This document shows, piece by piece, positions 1 to 9,259 of a stretch of 64,000 bases of DNA. Numbering within the stretch: the stretch's first letter is position 1; every line of letters begins with the position of its first letter. Below the pieces are notes generated by a model that was not told where the DNA came from, did no database searches, and was given only the letters and a program-made list of their open reading frames with translations. The DNA is taken from contig OZ244197.1 in the NCBI GenBank assembly GCA_965216785.1, positions 2,176,001-2,240,000 on the forward strand. Direction: 5' to 3'. Made by a program: the position numbers and the translations under genes. This DNA is from Thermodesulfobacteriota bacterium. Its GTDB lineage: Bacteria > Desulfobacterota_D > UBA1144 > Nemesobacterales > UBA2774.

Positions 1-1
1 G

Positions 2-697
2 CTTTCGGGGCTTACGTGTAATGAAGAGAATTTTATCACTAAAGCCGGTGTAGAGAGGTGGGCCTCTGAGTACGGGATGATGATCGTGTGTCCGGACACG
101 AGCCCCAGGGGCCTTAATCTTCCAGGGGAGCACGACTCCTGGGACTTCGGCTCGGGCGCGGGTTTTTACGTAAACGCGGCGTGCGAACCCTGGCGCAGGT
201 ACTACAGGATGTACGACTACACGGCAAAGGAGCTCCCGGCTGTAATCGATGCGAACTTTAATGCTGACATGGAGCGAGTAGCAATATCGGGCCACTCGAT
301 GGGAGGGCACGGAGCGCTGGTGCTGGGGCTCAGAAACCCCGAGCTTTACAGGTCTATATCCGCATTCTCACCCATTTCGGCCCCTTCCGCGTGCCCCTGG
401 GGCCAGAAGGCGTTTACGAACTATCTGGGTGAGGACAAAGAGCTATGGAAGCAGTATGACGCCTCTGAGATTATCAAAACAGTTAAGGTGAGGACACCAG
501 TGCTGATAGACCAGGGTACGAACGATGAGTTTTTGGACGAGCAGCTAAAGCCTGAGATATTTCTCCATGCCGCGGAGGAGGCCGGATACCCGGTGAAGCT
601 GAGGATGCAGGAGGGATATGACCACAGCTATTACTTTATCGCGACATTTATAAAGGAGCACATAGAGTTTCACACTAAGAACCTGAGCCGGGTGTGA
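2..697 (+). CDS. fghA: S-formylglutathione hydrolase (5' partial)
   Basis: Frame open from nt 2 (LSGLTCNEENFITKAG...), with CPDTSPRG, WDFGSGAGFY, GHSMGGHG nucleophile elbow and GYDHSYYF motifs. Confidence 0.93.
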   Translation, partial: LSGLTCNEENFITKAGVERWASEYGMMIVCPDTSPRGLNLPGEHDSWDFGSGAGFYVNAACEPWRRYYRMYDYTAKELPAVIDANFNADMERVAISGHSMGGHGALVLGLRNPELYRSISAFSPISAPSACPWGQKAFTNYLGEDKELWKQYDASEIIKTVKVRTPVLIDQGTNDEFLDEQLKPEIFLHAAEEAGYPVKLRMQEGYDHSYYFIATFIKEHIEFHTKNLSRV

Positions 698-766
698 AGC
701 CTTGCGGCTACTCTCGTAACACGAGTAGATATATCTTTCCAAGCGGTTCGGGTACGATAAAAAATC

Positions 767-1273
767 ATGAGTAATTTTCTTTCCTATATCACTCTCAGGA
801 CTGTTATAAATAATTTTGTGGTAGCTGTCATCGCCTATGTCCTCGGTTATTATTTTACCTCTCTCTTCCATGCGGGCTCTGCCGAGATCGGCGGTCTGTG
901 GTCGGTAATATCGGGCGTATTTGTGGTCGAGGACCGTAAACTCGACACCGTGGGGTCGGCGCGCTCAAGGATTGTCGGCACCTTTATAGGGGTAGCTATA
1001 AGCGGGGTGTACCTCTATCTATTTCCCTTCAACGTGTTTGGCTTTGCCGCCTGCATAGCCTTGGGCGTTACAGTCTGCAAGCTATTCGGAGTGATTAAAT
1101 ACCTTAAGCTTGTGGGCATAACTATTTCAGTCGTTATGATCGTCTCGATTGTCGATAAGGAGATCGCCCCCTTTATGAACGCTGCTCTAAGGTTCGTTGA
1201 ATCTATAATAGGAACGGTTGTCGCTCTGATCGTAGTGCATCTTTCGGACTTGGTGTATTCGGATAAGGAGTAG
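767..1273 (+). CDS. FUSC/aromatic acid exporter family membrane protein
   Basis: Hydrophobic; GGLWSVISG...RIVGT.IG and RFVESIIG motifs. Confidence 0.75.
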   Translation: MSNFLSYITLRTVINNFVVAVIAYVLGYYFTSLFHAGSAEIGGLWSVISGVFVVEDRKLDTVGSARSRIVGTFIGVAISGVYLYLFPFNVFGFAACIALGVTVCKLFGVIKYLKLVGITISVVMIVSIVDKEIAPFMNAALRFVESIIGTVVALIVVHLSDLVYSDKE

Positions 1274-1290
1274 CAGGGATATAGGCGTCT

Positions 1291-2025
1291 TTACGGTCTG
1301 ATAATCATAATCGAGCCTATGACTATGAGCAGTATGAGGACGGAGAGGCGGAATTTTTCTTCTGAAAGGTGGCGGCGGAGGATGCTTCCGAGGAAAATGC
1401 CCGCCGAGGCCGGGATGACGGCAAATACCGAATATACGATTACACCCGGATCGAACATGTTAAAGGTGTGAAGGAAGAATATGAGCACTATCCCCGAGAG
1501 TGTGAACCCTAGGTTAATGGCGTTTATGAGACCGTTCATGTCCTGTTTGAGCGCGAGCAGGTAGGGGAGCATCGGCATTACCTGAGTGCCTGTCAGACCG
1601 TTTAACACCCCGTTGGCGAGCCCGATGGGGAAAGAGTAGTATTTCTCCTGGCCCCTGGGCACCGATACCTGAACATTAAACAGCATGAGAACAGAATATA
1701 TAACGGCTGAAGCCCCGAGCGCCATTCGGGAAACCTGGTTACCCGCGGTGCTCAACAGATGCACGCCTATGTATAGCCCTGGAAAAGCGCTGATGTACAG
1801 GAGCCAGAACCTCTTTACACTCTGAGCGAGCCTCCCGGTCTGGATGATAATGATAATATTTGAGGCGAACGAGGGGATGATTATGAGCGGTATGGCCTGG
1901 TGAATGGGGATGAAGCTCGTAACTACGGGAAGAGTGAGGATAGCGAATCCGAGCCCCGTAATGCCTTTTACGAATGAGGCGGCGAAGAAAGTCGCGTAGA
2001 TTATGACTATGAGCTCGGTGTCCAT
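1291..2025 (-). CDS. TauE/SafE sulfite exporter family protein
   Basis: FVKGITGLGF and GVLNGLTG repeats, multi-TM; start moved to MDTELIV. Confidence 0.85.
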   Translation of the reverse strand: MDTELIVIIYATFFAASFVKGITGLGFAILTLPVVTSFIPIHQAIPLIIIPSFASNIIIIIQTGRLAQSVKRFWLLYISAFPGLYIGVHLLSTAGNQVSRMALGASAVIYSVLMLFNVQVSVPRGQEKYYSFPIGLANGVLNGLTGTQVMPMLPYLLALKQDMNGLINAINLGFTLSGIVLIFFLHTFNMFDPGVIVYSVFAVIPASAGIFLGSILRRHLSEEKFRLSVLILLIVIGSIMIIRP

Positions 2026-2277
2026 GAGTACCCGTGAAAACTGTATTATATAGTTTAACCGGGCAAAGCGGTACGCAGGATTTCTATATTCAGGAGCTTG
2101 TTTAACTTTATATATTATAATATCAGTGAAAGCTTGACACATCAGGCCAGGATATATTAGAATTGCCGTATAGGTGGTATGTGGCCTATTGCCGCATTTG
2201 AGAAGCATAACACTATAAAGTTAAATTACCGCTTTGAGAGTCTCGGATTGAAAAAACTAGTTAAGGAGGTTGGTGCT

Positions 2278-2784
2278 ATGATCAGAGTTAAAGAGGTGAG
2301 TGTATTTGTATCTGCGTTTTTTGTCGCGTCGATGCTACTTTGCGCGGGATTGGTGAGTGGAGCTTTCGCGCACGAAGTGGAAGTCGTGGTGGAGGAGGTT
2401 GAAGTTGAGGTAATCGAATGTACTTCTCAAGAAGGGGTTCCATGCACGCAGATGTGCGGGCCTAGCGTAGTAAACGAATTTAAAGCCGGCGGCGCGGTTT
2501 ATACCGAAATGTCCCAGAGCCGTCAGGTAAATATGCTGAGCGCGACGTCTATTGATTTTACGGCCCCTTGCATACAGGGCTCAAAGGCGGTTAGCGGCGG
2601 TTATGTATTCCTGCCTGATGGGTCAACTATCGATATGGACGAAATAAGGATTACCTCGCAGCGCCCGCAAAACGACATTGCTTCGCTGAATAGCTCTTGG
2701 TTAGTGTCGATTTACCGTGAGCACAGTGGTAACGTGGACAACTGCCTAAACGTTGAAGTCCGCGCCCTTTGCGTGAAGGAATGA
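2278..2784 (+). CDS. secreted hypothetical protein
   Basis: AAGGAGGT RBS before ATG 2278; signal peptide ending AFA; C...KAVSGG...VRALC pattern. Confidence 0.65.
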   Translation: MIRVKEVSVFVSAFFVASMLLCAGLVSGAFAHEVEVVVEEVEVEVIECTSQEGVPCTQMCGPSVVNEFKAGGAVYTEMSQSRQVNMLSATSIDFTAPCIQGSKAVSGGYVFLPDGSTIDMDEIRITSQRPQNDIASLNSSWLVSIYREHSGNVDNCLNVEVRALCVKE

Positions 2785-2819
2785 TGTAAATACAATTAAC
2801 CAAAAAAGAGAAAAAGATA

Positions 2820-2867
2820 AAACGCCCGCTCGTCCTTTGAGAACATCCGGATGAGCGGGTTTTTTTT
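2820..2867 (+). terminator. intrinsic terminator
   Basis: CCCGCTCGTCC...GGATGAGCGGG stem followed by T-run. Confidence 0.7.
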
Positions 2868-2907
2868 ATCACCCCCATCCTAGCCTTCCCCCTTCACGGG
2901 AGAAGGA
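2868..2907 (+). repeat. REP-like family C (TCACCCCCATCCT..CCTTCCCCC-loop-GGGGGAAGG)
   Basis: Similar copies at 51745-51786 and 55891-55934; related hairpins at 55944-55980 and 56731-56768. Confidence 0.75.
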
Positions 2908-2975
2908 AGAACAAGGGAGATTGTATGGCCGGGTGGATTGTGATAGATTGTGAGAAAGAAACGCGGAGGGCGACC

Positions 2976-3443
2976 ATGCGACACATGAGAGCTTTAGCAC
3001 TGACAATCGCAATATTCAGTTTTCTCGTACTACCAGCTCAGGCGGAGCACGTAGTAGACGATTCCTACAGTTACCAGTTTGTCCTGAGCGGCGATACCGG
3101 ATCGCTGAAAGACGGGAAGATTACGCTGAACGGTGTGCCTGTCGTGACATTCTATTCGCTCGGCGCCGAAAGGGGCGACGGGCATTTCTTTGTTAAGAGC
3201 TTTGTGGAAGTGTGGAATAATAACGCGCGGATTTTCGAGAAAGACCCTCCGAACGGCACGCTTTCAGTGCTCAGCGACAAGGGCTCTTCAGGTGCGGTAG
3301 TAGAGTTGTCCGAGCCCTCGGCCACGCTGAATAGCATTACCTTTAAGGCGCGTGTGCTAGAGGGCGGGCTGCCACAGGAGTTTGGCTCCTCTACGTTATT
3401 TTTAAGGCTTACACTGAATGAGTATCTTAAGACTCAGGAGTGA
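2976..3443 (+). CDS. secreted hypothetical protein, DPPNA family paralog 1
   Basis: GGAGG RBS; signal peptide; W....F..DPPN.TLS motif shared with 20176 and 42458. Confidence 0.75.
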   Translation: MRHMRALALTIAIFSFLVLPAQAEHVVDDSYSYQFVLSGDTGSLKDGKITLNGVPVVTFYSLGAERGDGHFFVKSFVEVWNNNARIFEKDPPNGTLSVLSDKGSSGAVVELSEPSATLNSITFKARVLEGGLPQEFGSSTLFLRLTLNEYLKTQE

Positions 3444-3498
3444 TTTCCATTCGGATAAGATCCGTCTTGAGGGTGCTACACTAAACGAATACATGAAT

Positions 3499-3885
3499 TA
3501 CTTCTTTTGCATGATCACACACGAAGTGTGAATTACTAAAAGATTACAAAAATCACCGACTGAACACTAACAAGGTGAGTTTTTACAAATGCGCCCTAAG
3601 GACTGAGTAAATTTCTGTCTGCGCGGTATATTGTAGAAACCGTTTGTCAGCACGCACAGCGTGTACGCTAAAAATGAATGTAGTTGTATGATCCTTATAA
3701 TTCCACCCACACCCCGTATAAGGTTTTTAACGCGGACACAGAGTGTCCATTCATACGGTTTCTGCGAAGCTAATAAGTTAGGACAAATAGAAGAGGTTCT
3801 TATGAACCTGAAAAGGAATAGAGAAACAGTATGCCTGCGGGCTCTGCCCGCATTTTCTTTGCGCTATTTATGTATGTCGGAAACT
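3499..3885 (+). repeat. expanded copy (A) of the ~170-nt structured element
   Basis: CTTCTTTTGCATGATC, AAAAATCACCGAC, ATTCCACCCACACCCCG loop and CGCTATT...ATGTCGGAA match the copies at 53766/54838/56454. Confidence 0.75.
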
Positions 3886-3979
3886 TTTCACCCTACGGGT
3901 GATTTAGCCTAGTTGCAGTTATATTAGACCTAGAGATTATTTAGAACTTTCCCGGAATAATAGCCGCTGCTAAATTAGT

Positions 3980-4012
3980 AAGAGGGGGGAGCCAGTTGGC
4001 TCCCCCCTCTTT
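3980..4012. terminator. GC-rich hairpin, probable terminator
   Basis: AAGAGGGGGGAGCCA/TGGCTCCCCCCTCTT perfect inverted repeat just past the stop of 4023-5069. Confidence 0.7.
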
Positions 4013-4022
4013 GGTTTTCAAG

Positions 4023-5069
4023 TTAAACTCTTGAGCCTGAAGCGATTAACCTTCTTAGAGCAATAAATAGAAACGGAACTAACAGCAGCAGGTAAGGGAA
4101 CGAGTATTCTTCACCTGCCCGGGCAAGCGAGCAGTCACTGTTTGAGAAATTACCCGGTTTGAAAGCCATATCTGTCGGACCGTCCAGTCCGCCTGAGGCC
4201 GCTGTAATAAAAACTCGTAAAAACGCCCCGTTAGTCCTTGAGTATTCAAGCACTTCGTCCGTGTTAAAGCTGCAGACAAATACCTGTCCGCCGCCTTGCT
4301 GCCCGCGGCTTAAGCACGTGGGACCGTCGAGCCCGCCTGAGGCCGCTGTAACGAAGGCGCCAAGAAACGCCCCGTTTCCTTTATTATAGTTAAGCACCTC
4401 GTCTGTATCGAAACTTGTTACCAAGAGGTTGTTGTTATGAATGAGGAGCGCGTTGGGAGAGCTGAGGCCTCCTGATCCCGCTGTTACGAGCACCTGTACG
4501 AAATCCCCGGTAGAAGGGTTATACTCTATAACCTCGTTAGTCTCCTGGCTTGCTACAAGCAGTTTGTTGCCGGTGAAAACAAGCGCTGTGGGACCGTCCA
4601 GTCCCCCCGAGCCCGCGGTAACGAAAGCTTCGATGAAATCACCGGTGTTACCGTTGTAGCGGAGTATCTCGTCAGTACCGAAGCTCGCGACGTATAGATC
4701 GCCGCCAGGGCCGAACTCAAAATCCGTCGGGACCTCGAGACCGCCCAAGCCTGCTGTTACGAATGCGTCTATCAGCGTTCCTGAGGCGCCTTCATAAACG
4801 AGAATTTCATCGGTTCCGGCGCTGCTGATAAAGGTTTCTTCGCGCCCGTTAATGAATATGCTCTCAGGCATCATAAGCTGGCCGAACTGGGTGAACGGTT
4901 TTACGAATGCACCTGTTAAAGGGTCATACTCAAGCGCTCTGTCATTATTGAAGCTGTTTATAATAAGTCCCGAAGCAAGAACAGCTCCGGTAGACGAAAA
5001 CACAATGACAAGGGCAAAGCACAAATGTAAAACTGAACTGCGGAAATTATGGAATCTTCCACTAATCAT
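4023..5069 (-). CDS. secreted beta-propeller (NHL/Vgb-like) repeat protein with Cys-containing C-terminal anchor
   Basis: Signal peptide; ~6 repeats of FVTAGSGGLDGP...F...L.VAS..TDEVL.Y; tail DCSLARAGEEYSFPYLLLLVP...RR. Confidence 0.85.
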   Translation of the reverse strand: MISGRFHNFRSSVLHLCFALVIVFSSTGAVLASGLIINSFNNDRALEYDPLTGAFVKPFTQFGQLMMPESIFINGREETFISSAGTDEILVYEGASGTLIDAFVTAGLGGLEVPTDFEFGPGGDLYVASFGTDEILRYNGNTGDFIEAFVTAGSGGLDGPTALVFTGNKLLVASQETNEVIEYNPSTGDFVQVLVTAGSGGLSSPNALLIHNNNLLVTSFDTDEVLNYNKGNGAFLGAFVTAASGGLDGPTCLSRGQQGGGQVFVCSFNTDEVLEYSRTNGAFLRVFITAASGGLDGPTDMAFKPGNFSNSDCSLARAGEEYSFPYLLLLVPFLFIALRRLIASGSRV

Positions 5070-5378
5070 CCTTACACCTCCGATATTTAGTTGTAAATTA
5101 AAAACCCACCGGCTTCTCTCTCAAGCCATATCCACACAATGCCTTTTTGACAATAGTACTGAGCTAATGTTAAGGAATTGTGAAGATCATATATACCATC
5201 TATTCCCATACTAACCTATATATTAACAATTATCTACTGTTATTATTTATCATTATTTCCTTTTGTCGGACTGTGGGGATTGCCCTCTACAGCATGCTGA
5301 TCGGACTTGTTTGTGAAGGTTGGCAAGAAATATCTGAATCTTTTTTAACGTTATCCCTCTCTATAGTACATAGAGGGC

Positions 5379-5879
5379 ATGAATATGAGTAAAACAACGG
5401 TGACAAAATTAATGGGGCTGACAAAATGGGCTCTTATGAGTTATCTGGCTGTATTAACGCTGACAGTGGGTGTTGAGCCGCCTGCCGTCTACGCCGGTGA
5501 GAACGGAAAAGAGTGCGCAGAGGTGGTATTTGAGATCGGGCCTCCGAAATTGGCGCCTCAGATTGTGATGATTCCGGAATTTGATAAGGAAAAGATTTTT
5601 GAAGAGGCGGTAAAGTCCATTGATTTGGGTAATGCCCCGTTTAACGTTAACGGGTTTGAGGTAGGGATGTTCGACACAGGCGAGCCTGTGGACGCTGGCG
5701 CCTACGCTACGGAAGAGGATCTGGGAGTGGGCGGGCTCGATGCTGAGGTGTCTGAGTACGAATCGGACACACTCAAAGCGGGTGATATACTCAAAGCTGT
5801 ACCGAGCATCGCCACCAAAGATGAAAAAACGCTCGGTATCCTGGTGCCGCCTTTCGCGTATTTCTCGAAGAAGTTTTAA
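5379..5879 (+). CDS. secreted acidic hypothetical protein
   Basis: ORF with signal-like N-terminus; no family recognised. Confidence 0.55.
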   Translation: MNMSKTTVTKLMGLTKWALMSYLAVLTLTVGVEPPAVYAGENGKECAEVVFEIGPPKLAPQIVMIPEFDKEKIFEEAVKSIDLGNAPFNVNGFEVGMFDTGEPVDAGAYATEEDLGVGGLDAEVSEYESDTLKAGDILKAVPSIATKDEKTLGILVPPFAYFSKKF

Positions 5880-6116
5880 TTACTGATACCCCCCTATGAT
5901 TACAAGCGCCGCAAAAGGAGCTGTATAGCGGCATATAGCGGTCTTCATCAATTCCTCCCGCCTATTGATACAATTTACAACCATAATATGAATTGGGATT
6001 AGCGCAGCGCATTTAAACAAAGCGCGGGAGCGCGGCCTCAAACAGGACCGCGGTTTGGACGCAATCCTGTAGAGCGTGATTTGTGATTATAAAGAAAAGA
6101 GTATAATAATCTTCTG

Positions 6117-7172
6117 ATGTCACCGCGGATAAAAAGAATAATACTCACCGCGGTCGCCATAGCCGCGGCTGTATTTATTGTAGAGGGGCTACTGCGGCTG
6201 GCAACGCCACCTGAGTTTCTTCAGAGCAGTCCCCGGAGCACGGTGTGGCCGTGGGTTGTGACCGATCCGATCCTTGGGTGGGCTAACTCCGCAGGCTATG
6301 AGAGCAATAACTTTAGAATAAACTCAGAGGGTTTCCGGGGAGAGGAGATTAAGCCTGAGAAGCCCTTGGGCGCTAAACGTGTTGTATGTATCGGGGATTC
6401 GGGCACGTTCGGCGTGTGGTTCGGCGAGAGAGCAAGACGCAATTGGGACAGCTATCCCCAAGAGCTCAGCAGGATACTAAAAGAACATGGTTATGAGGAC
6501 ATAGAGGTAATAAACGCGGGGGTCGTGGGCTACACATCATCCCATACGCTACGTCAGTTGATGACAAAAGTACTTGCGCTCGAGCCTGATATATTGATTG
6601 CGCGCACGGGGTTTAACGACATTGCCGACATGGGTAATGAATTTTTCAGGGCTTATTACGTAAAAGAGCCGCCGGGTTTTATTATCGGGAGCCTGATGTA
6701 CCGCTGGCCGGAATCGAGACTGGTGCGCCTGGCTGCTTGGCTGGATAGAAAGCTCGTAAGCAGGAGCGTTCCGGGTGACAAAAACGTTGTATCGAAAGAG
6801 GAGTTCAGAGCGAACCTGGAGCGCTTAATAAAAGCCTCAAAGAAGCGCGGGATAGATGTACTCTTGCTGGACTACCCGCTGAGAGACGAAAAGAGCGGGC
6901 TTAATAAACAGGAGCAGTATCTTACTGAATATTACGGCGTGGACACGCTTGCCGAGTTTCATGAAAAGCACGACGGCTATCAGGAAATATTATCAGAAGT
7001 TGCCCACGAGCGCGGAGTGGAAGTTCTTGATACCGCCGCGACTATGAAAAAGTTCGCCGGGCCTTCTTTCAGTGAGTACGACTTTGTCCACCCAAATGCT
7101 TCGGGAACCCGGACTGTAGCTATGGAGGTTTTCATCGCTCTCGTAAAGCTTGGGTGGCTGGAAGAGAAGTAA
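6117..7172 (+). CDS. SGNH/GDSL hydrolase, membrane-anchored
   Basis: INSEGFRG, GDSGTFG, NAGVVGY, GFND, DFVHP blocks. Confidence 0.9.
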   Translation: MSPRIKRIILTAVAIAAAVFIVEGLLRLATPPEFLQSSPRSTVWPWVVTDPILGWANSAGYESNNFRINSEGFRGEEIKPEKPLGAKRVVCIGDSGTFGVWFGERARRNWDSYPQELSRILKEHGYEDIEVINAGVVGYTSSHTLRQLMTKVLALEPDILIARTGFNDIADMGNEFFRAYYVKEPPGFIIGSLMYRWPESRLVRLAAWLDRKLVSRSVPGDKNVVSKEEFRANLERLIKASKKRGIDVLLLDYPLRDEKSGLNKQEQYLTEYYGVDTLAEFHEKHDGYQEILSEVAHERGVEVLDTAATMKKFAGPSFSEYDFVHPNASGTRTVAMEVFIALVKLGWLEEK

Positions 7173-7316
7173 GGGGATGTTGATGATGCCGCTCAACCTA
7201 AAGGCGTCAGTTTTTATTAAGATCTGGTGAAGCCTTGGATTTGAGGCTAGGAAAGAGCTAAAGGTTGTTTTATAATCGAAGTATGAAGTATATAAAAACA
7301 TCAGGGGGTTAGAACT

Positions 7317-7877
7317 ATGAGATATGCAAAAGGGTTTTTCGTCGCTACAGTGCTACTTTTCTGCGCGGGTACATCATTCACGCATGCCGCAGAGGAGATT
7401 TGGAGTGTAAAGGCGATCTCGCCACAGGGGCAGACACTCGACGTAAAGGCGTTTGATAAAGAGGGCACGGCAATTGACATTAAAGCAATCGAAGTAGACG
7501 GCAACACGTGGCTAATGGACGTAAAGGCTATTAAAGACGGAAAGAAGCTCCCTGTGAAGATACTTGTGAGCGATGAAAAGAATATGCCCTTAAAAGCGAT
7601 AGACGAGGGCGGGGTAATAATGGACGTAAAAGCAATCGCACCTAACGGAGACAAGCTCGACGTTAAGGGTGTGAAGCAGTACGGGAGCATAATACAGATA
7701 AAGGCGATCGGGCCGGACGGTGAGCTATACGGTGTAAAAGCAATATCCCCGGACTCAGATGTGCACGATATAAAGGGCGTAAAGATGCTCGCTCCGGGTG
7801 AAAAGGCCGAGATGAAGATAAACGGAGTCGAGGTTTACGCGCACGTAAAAGGGTTCCCGCACTCAGAGCTCGATTAG
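7317..7877 (+). CDS. secreted protein with internal DVKA[IF] repeats
   Basis: Signal peptide; about 13 [DP][VI]K[AG][IVF] units. Confidence 0.75.
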   Translation: MRYAKGFFVATVLLFCAGTSFTHAAEEIWSVKAISPQGQTLDVKAFDKEGTAIDIKAIEVDGNTWLMDVKAIKDGKKLPVKILVSDEKNMPLKAIDEGGVIMDVKAIAPNGDKLDVKGVKQYGSIIQIKAIGPDGELYGVKAISPDSDVHDIKGVKMLAPGEKAEMKINGVEVYAHVKGFPHSELD

Positions 7878-8113
7878 AAACCGGGGCTGGTTGTTATGAT
7901 TATACGCTTCTCTCAGATGTGATATATGAGCCCCTGCGGGTCAAGTAAAACCTATCAATGTTAAGCAGCCGAAGCTATATTATCGGCAGGTTTTTAAATT
8001 CTTTCCCGTTTAGGTATTATATTGCCTCGTATAAACCGGTTTTACATTTAATCAAGTTTCAAATGCGAATCAGAAGCGAATATTAAGCCCCAGGGCTCAA
8101 AGGTCAAATTATA

Positions 8114-9091
8114 TTGAACACATCTAAATTACTGAAAAATCTTCTCGCGATACTAATAATAATTGTAGTTCTGTTCGCTATCTGCGAAGCGCTGATCAGG
8201 GTGTATCTGCACTACAACACGGTGTATGACATAGAGATGACCCGCTATGCTATGAGCGTTAAAGAGGACTCCGAAAACCCCAAGATAGGGCACGTTCATA
8301 AACCCGGGAGCGAGAAGGAGCTTATGGACGTAAACGTGTCTATTAACTCTGACGGGCACAGGGACAAGGAGTATCCTACCCAGAAGGGGGACGCGTATAG
8401 AATAATTTTCCTCGGAGACTCCCTCACGTTCGGATGGGGAGTAGCGATTGAAGATACATTTCAATACGTGCTCGAAGAGGAGCTTAGCAAGACTTCTCCT
8501 ACGGAGATAATTAACTTTGGTACCGGGAATTACAACACCGAGCAGGAAGTAAACCTGTTCTTTGAAAAGGGGGCGAAATACCAGCCTGATAAGGTGGTGC
8601 TTTTTTACTTTATTAACGACGCCGAGGTGACGCCCGAGAAATCGGGGCTTTGGTTCCTGGGGTACTCGCACCTCATATCTTTTTACTGGTCGAGGATTAA
8701 TTCCCTTATGAATAACATAGTCGCCGCAAAGAGCTTTGAGGAATACTACAACGCTCTTTATGAAGAAGATCAGCAGGGGTGGGTAAGCGCGAGAAAATCG
8801 CTCATAGAGCTAAGGGACTACAGCCGCGACAAGGGTATCGAGCTGCAGGTGGTGCTCCTGCCCGAGCTACACGATACGGACAACGTAATATTCAAGCAGG
8901 TGTATGATAAAATATCTAATTTCCTGCAAGACAGCGGGATCGATTACATGAGTCTTGCGGATCTGTTTAAGGGTCACGGGAATGAAATCGAGCTATGGGT
9001 GAGTTTTGACGACGCCCACCCTAACGACGTCGCCCACGGTAAGATAGCGGAGTCGTTGGTTGAATTTATTTCGAAAAAGGAGACTGACTAG
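8114..9091 (+). CDS. SGNH/GDSL hydrolase, membrane-anchored
   Basis: INSDGHRD, GDSLTFGWG, NFGTGNY, FIND, DAHPN. Confidence 0.9.
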   Translation: MNTSKLLKNLLAILIIIVVLFAICEALIRVYLHYNTVYDIEMTRYAMSVKEDSENPKIGHVHKPGSEKELMDVNVSINSDGHRDKEYPTQKGDAYRIIFLGDSLTFGWGVAIEDTFQYVLEEELSKTSPTEIINFGTGNYNTEQEVNLFFEKGAKYQPDKVVLFYFINDAEVTPEKSGLWFLGYSHLISFYWSRINSLMNNIVAAKSFEEYYNALYEEDQQGWVSARKSLIELRDYSRDKGIELQVVLLPELHDTDNVIFKQVYDKISNFLQDSGIDYMSLADLFKGHGNEIELWVSFDDAHPNDVAHGKIAESLVEFISKKETD

Positions 9092-9225
9092 TGCTTGGTA
9101 AATTCTTCTCCAGATACAAATACTATCTCATTGCGGCTCTTGTGCTTTTTATCGGGCTCACTCTGCTTCTGATCGTCTTTTCCTCAGGCCCGCAAAAGGG
9201 CGCGTTTAACTACCAAATATTCTAA
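9091..9225 (+). CDS. 44-aa membrane microprotein, DUF5989/SxtK-like (not in ORF track)
   Basis: GTG overlaps upstream TAG, AAGGAG RBS; MLGKFFSRYKYYLIAALVLFIGLTLLLIVFSSGPQKGAFNYQIF ends in F.Y..F. Confidence 0.7.
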   Translation: MLGKFFSRYKYYLIAALVLFIGLTLLLIVFSSGPQKGAFNYQIF

Positions 9226-9259
9226 CTGTACCTGCCGTTAAAAGAGCTCGGGAGGTGCG

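Noticed and set aside
3661-3912. 83-aa ORF
   Set aside because: Lies inside structured repeat copy A; no RBS or protein features
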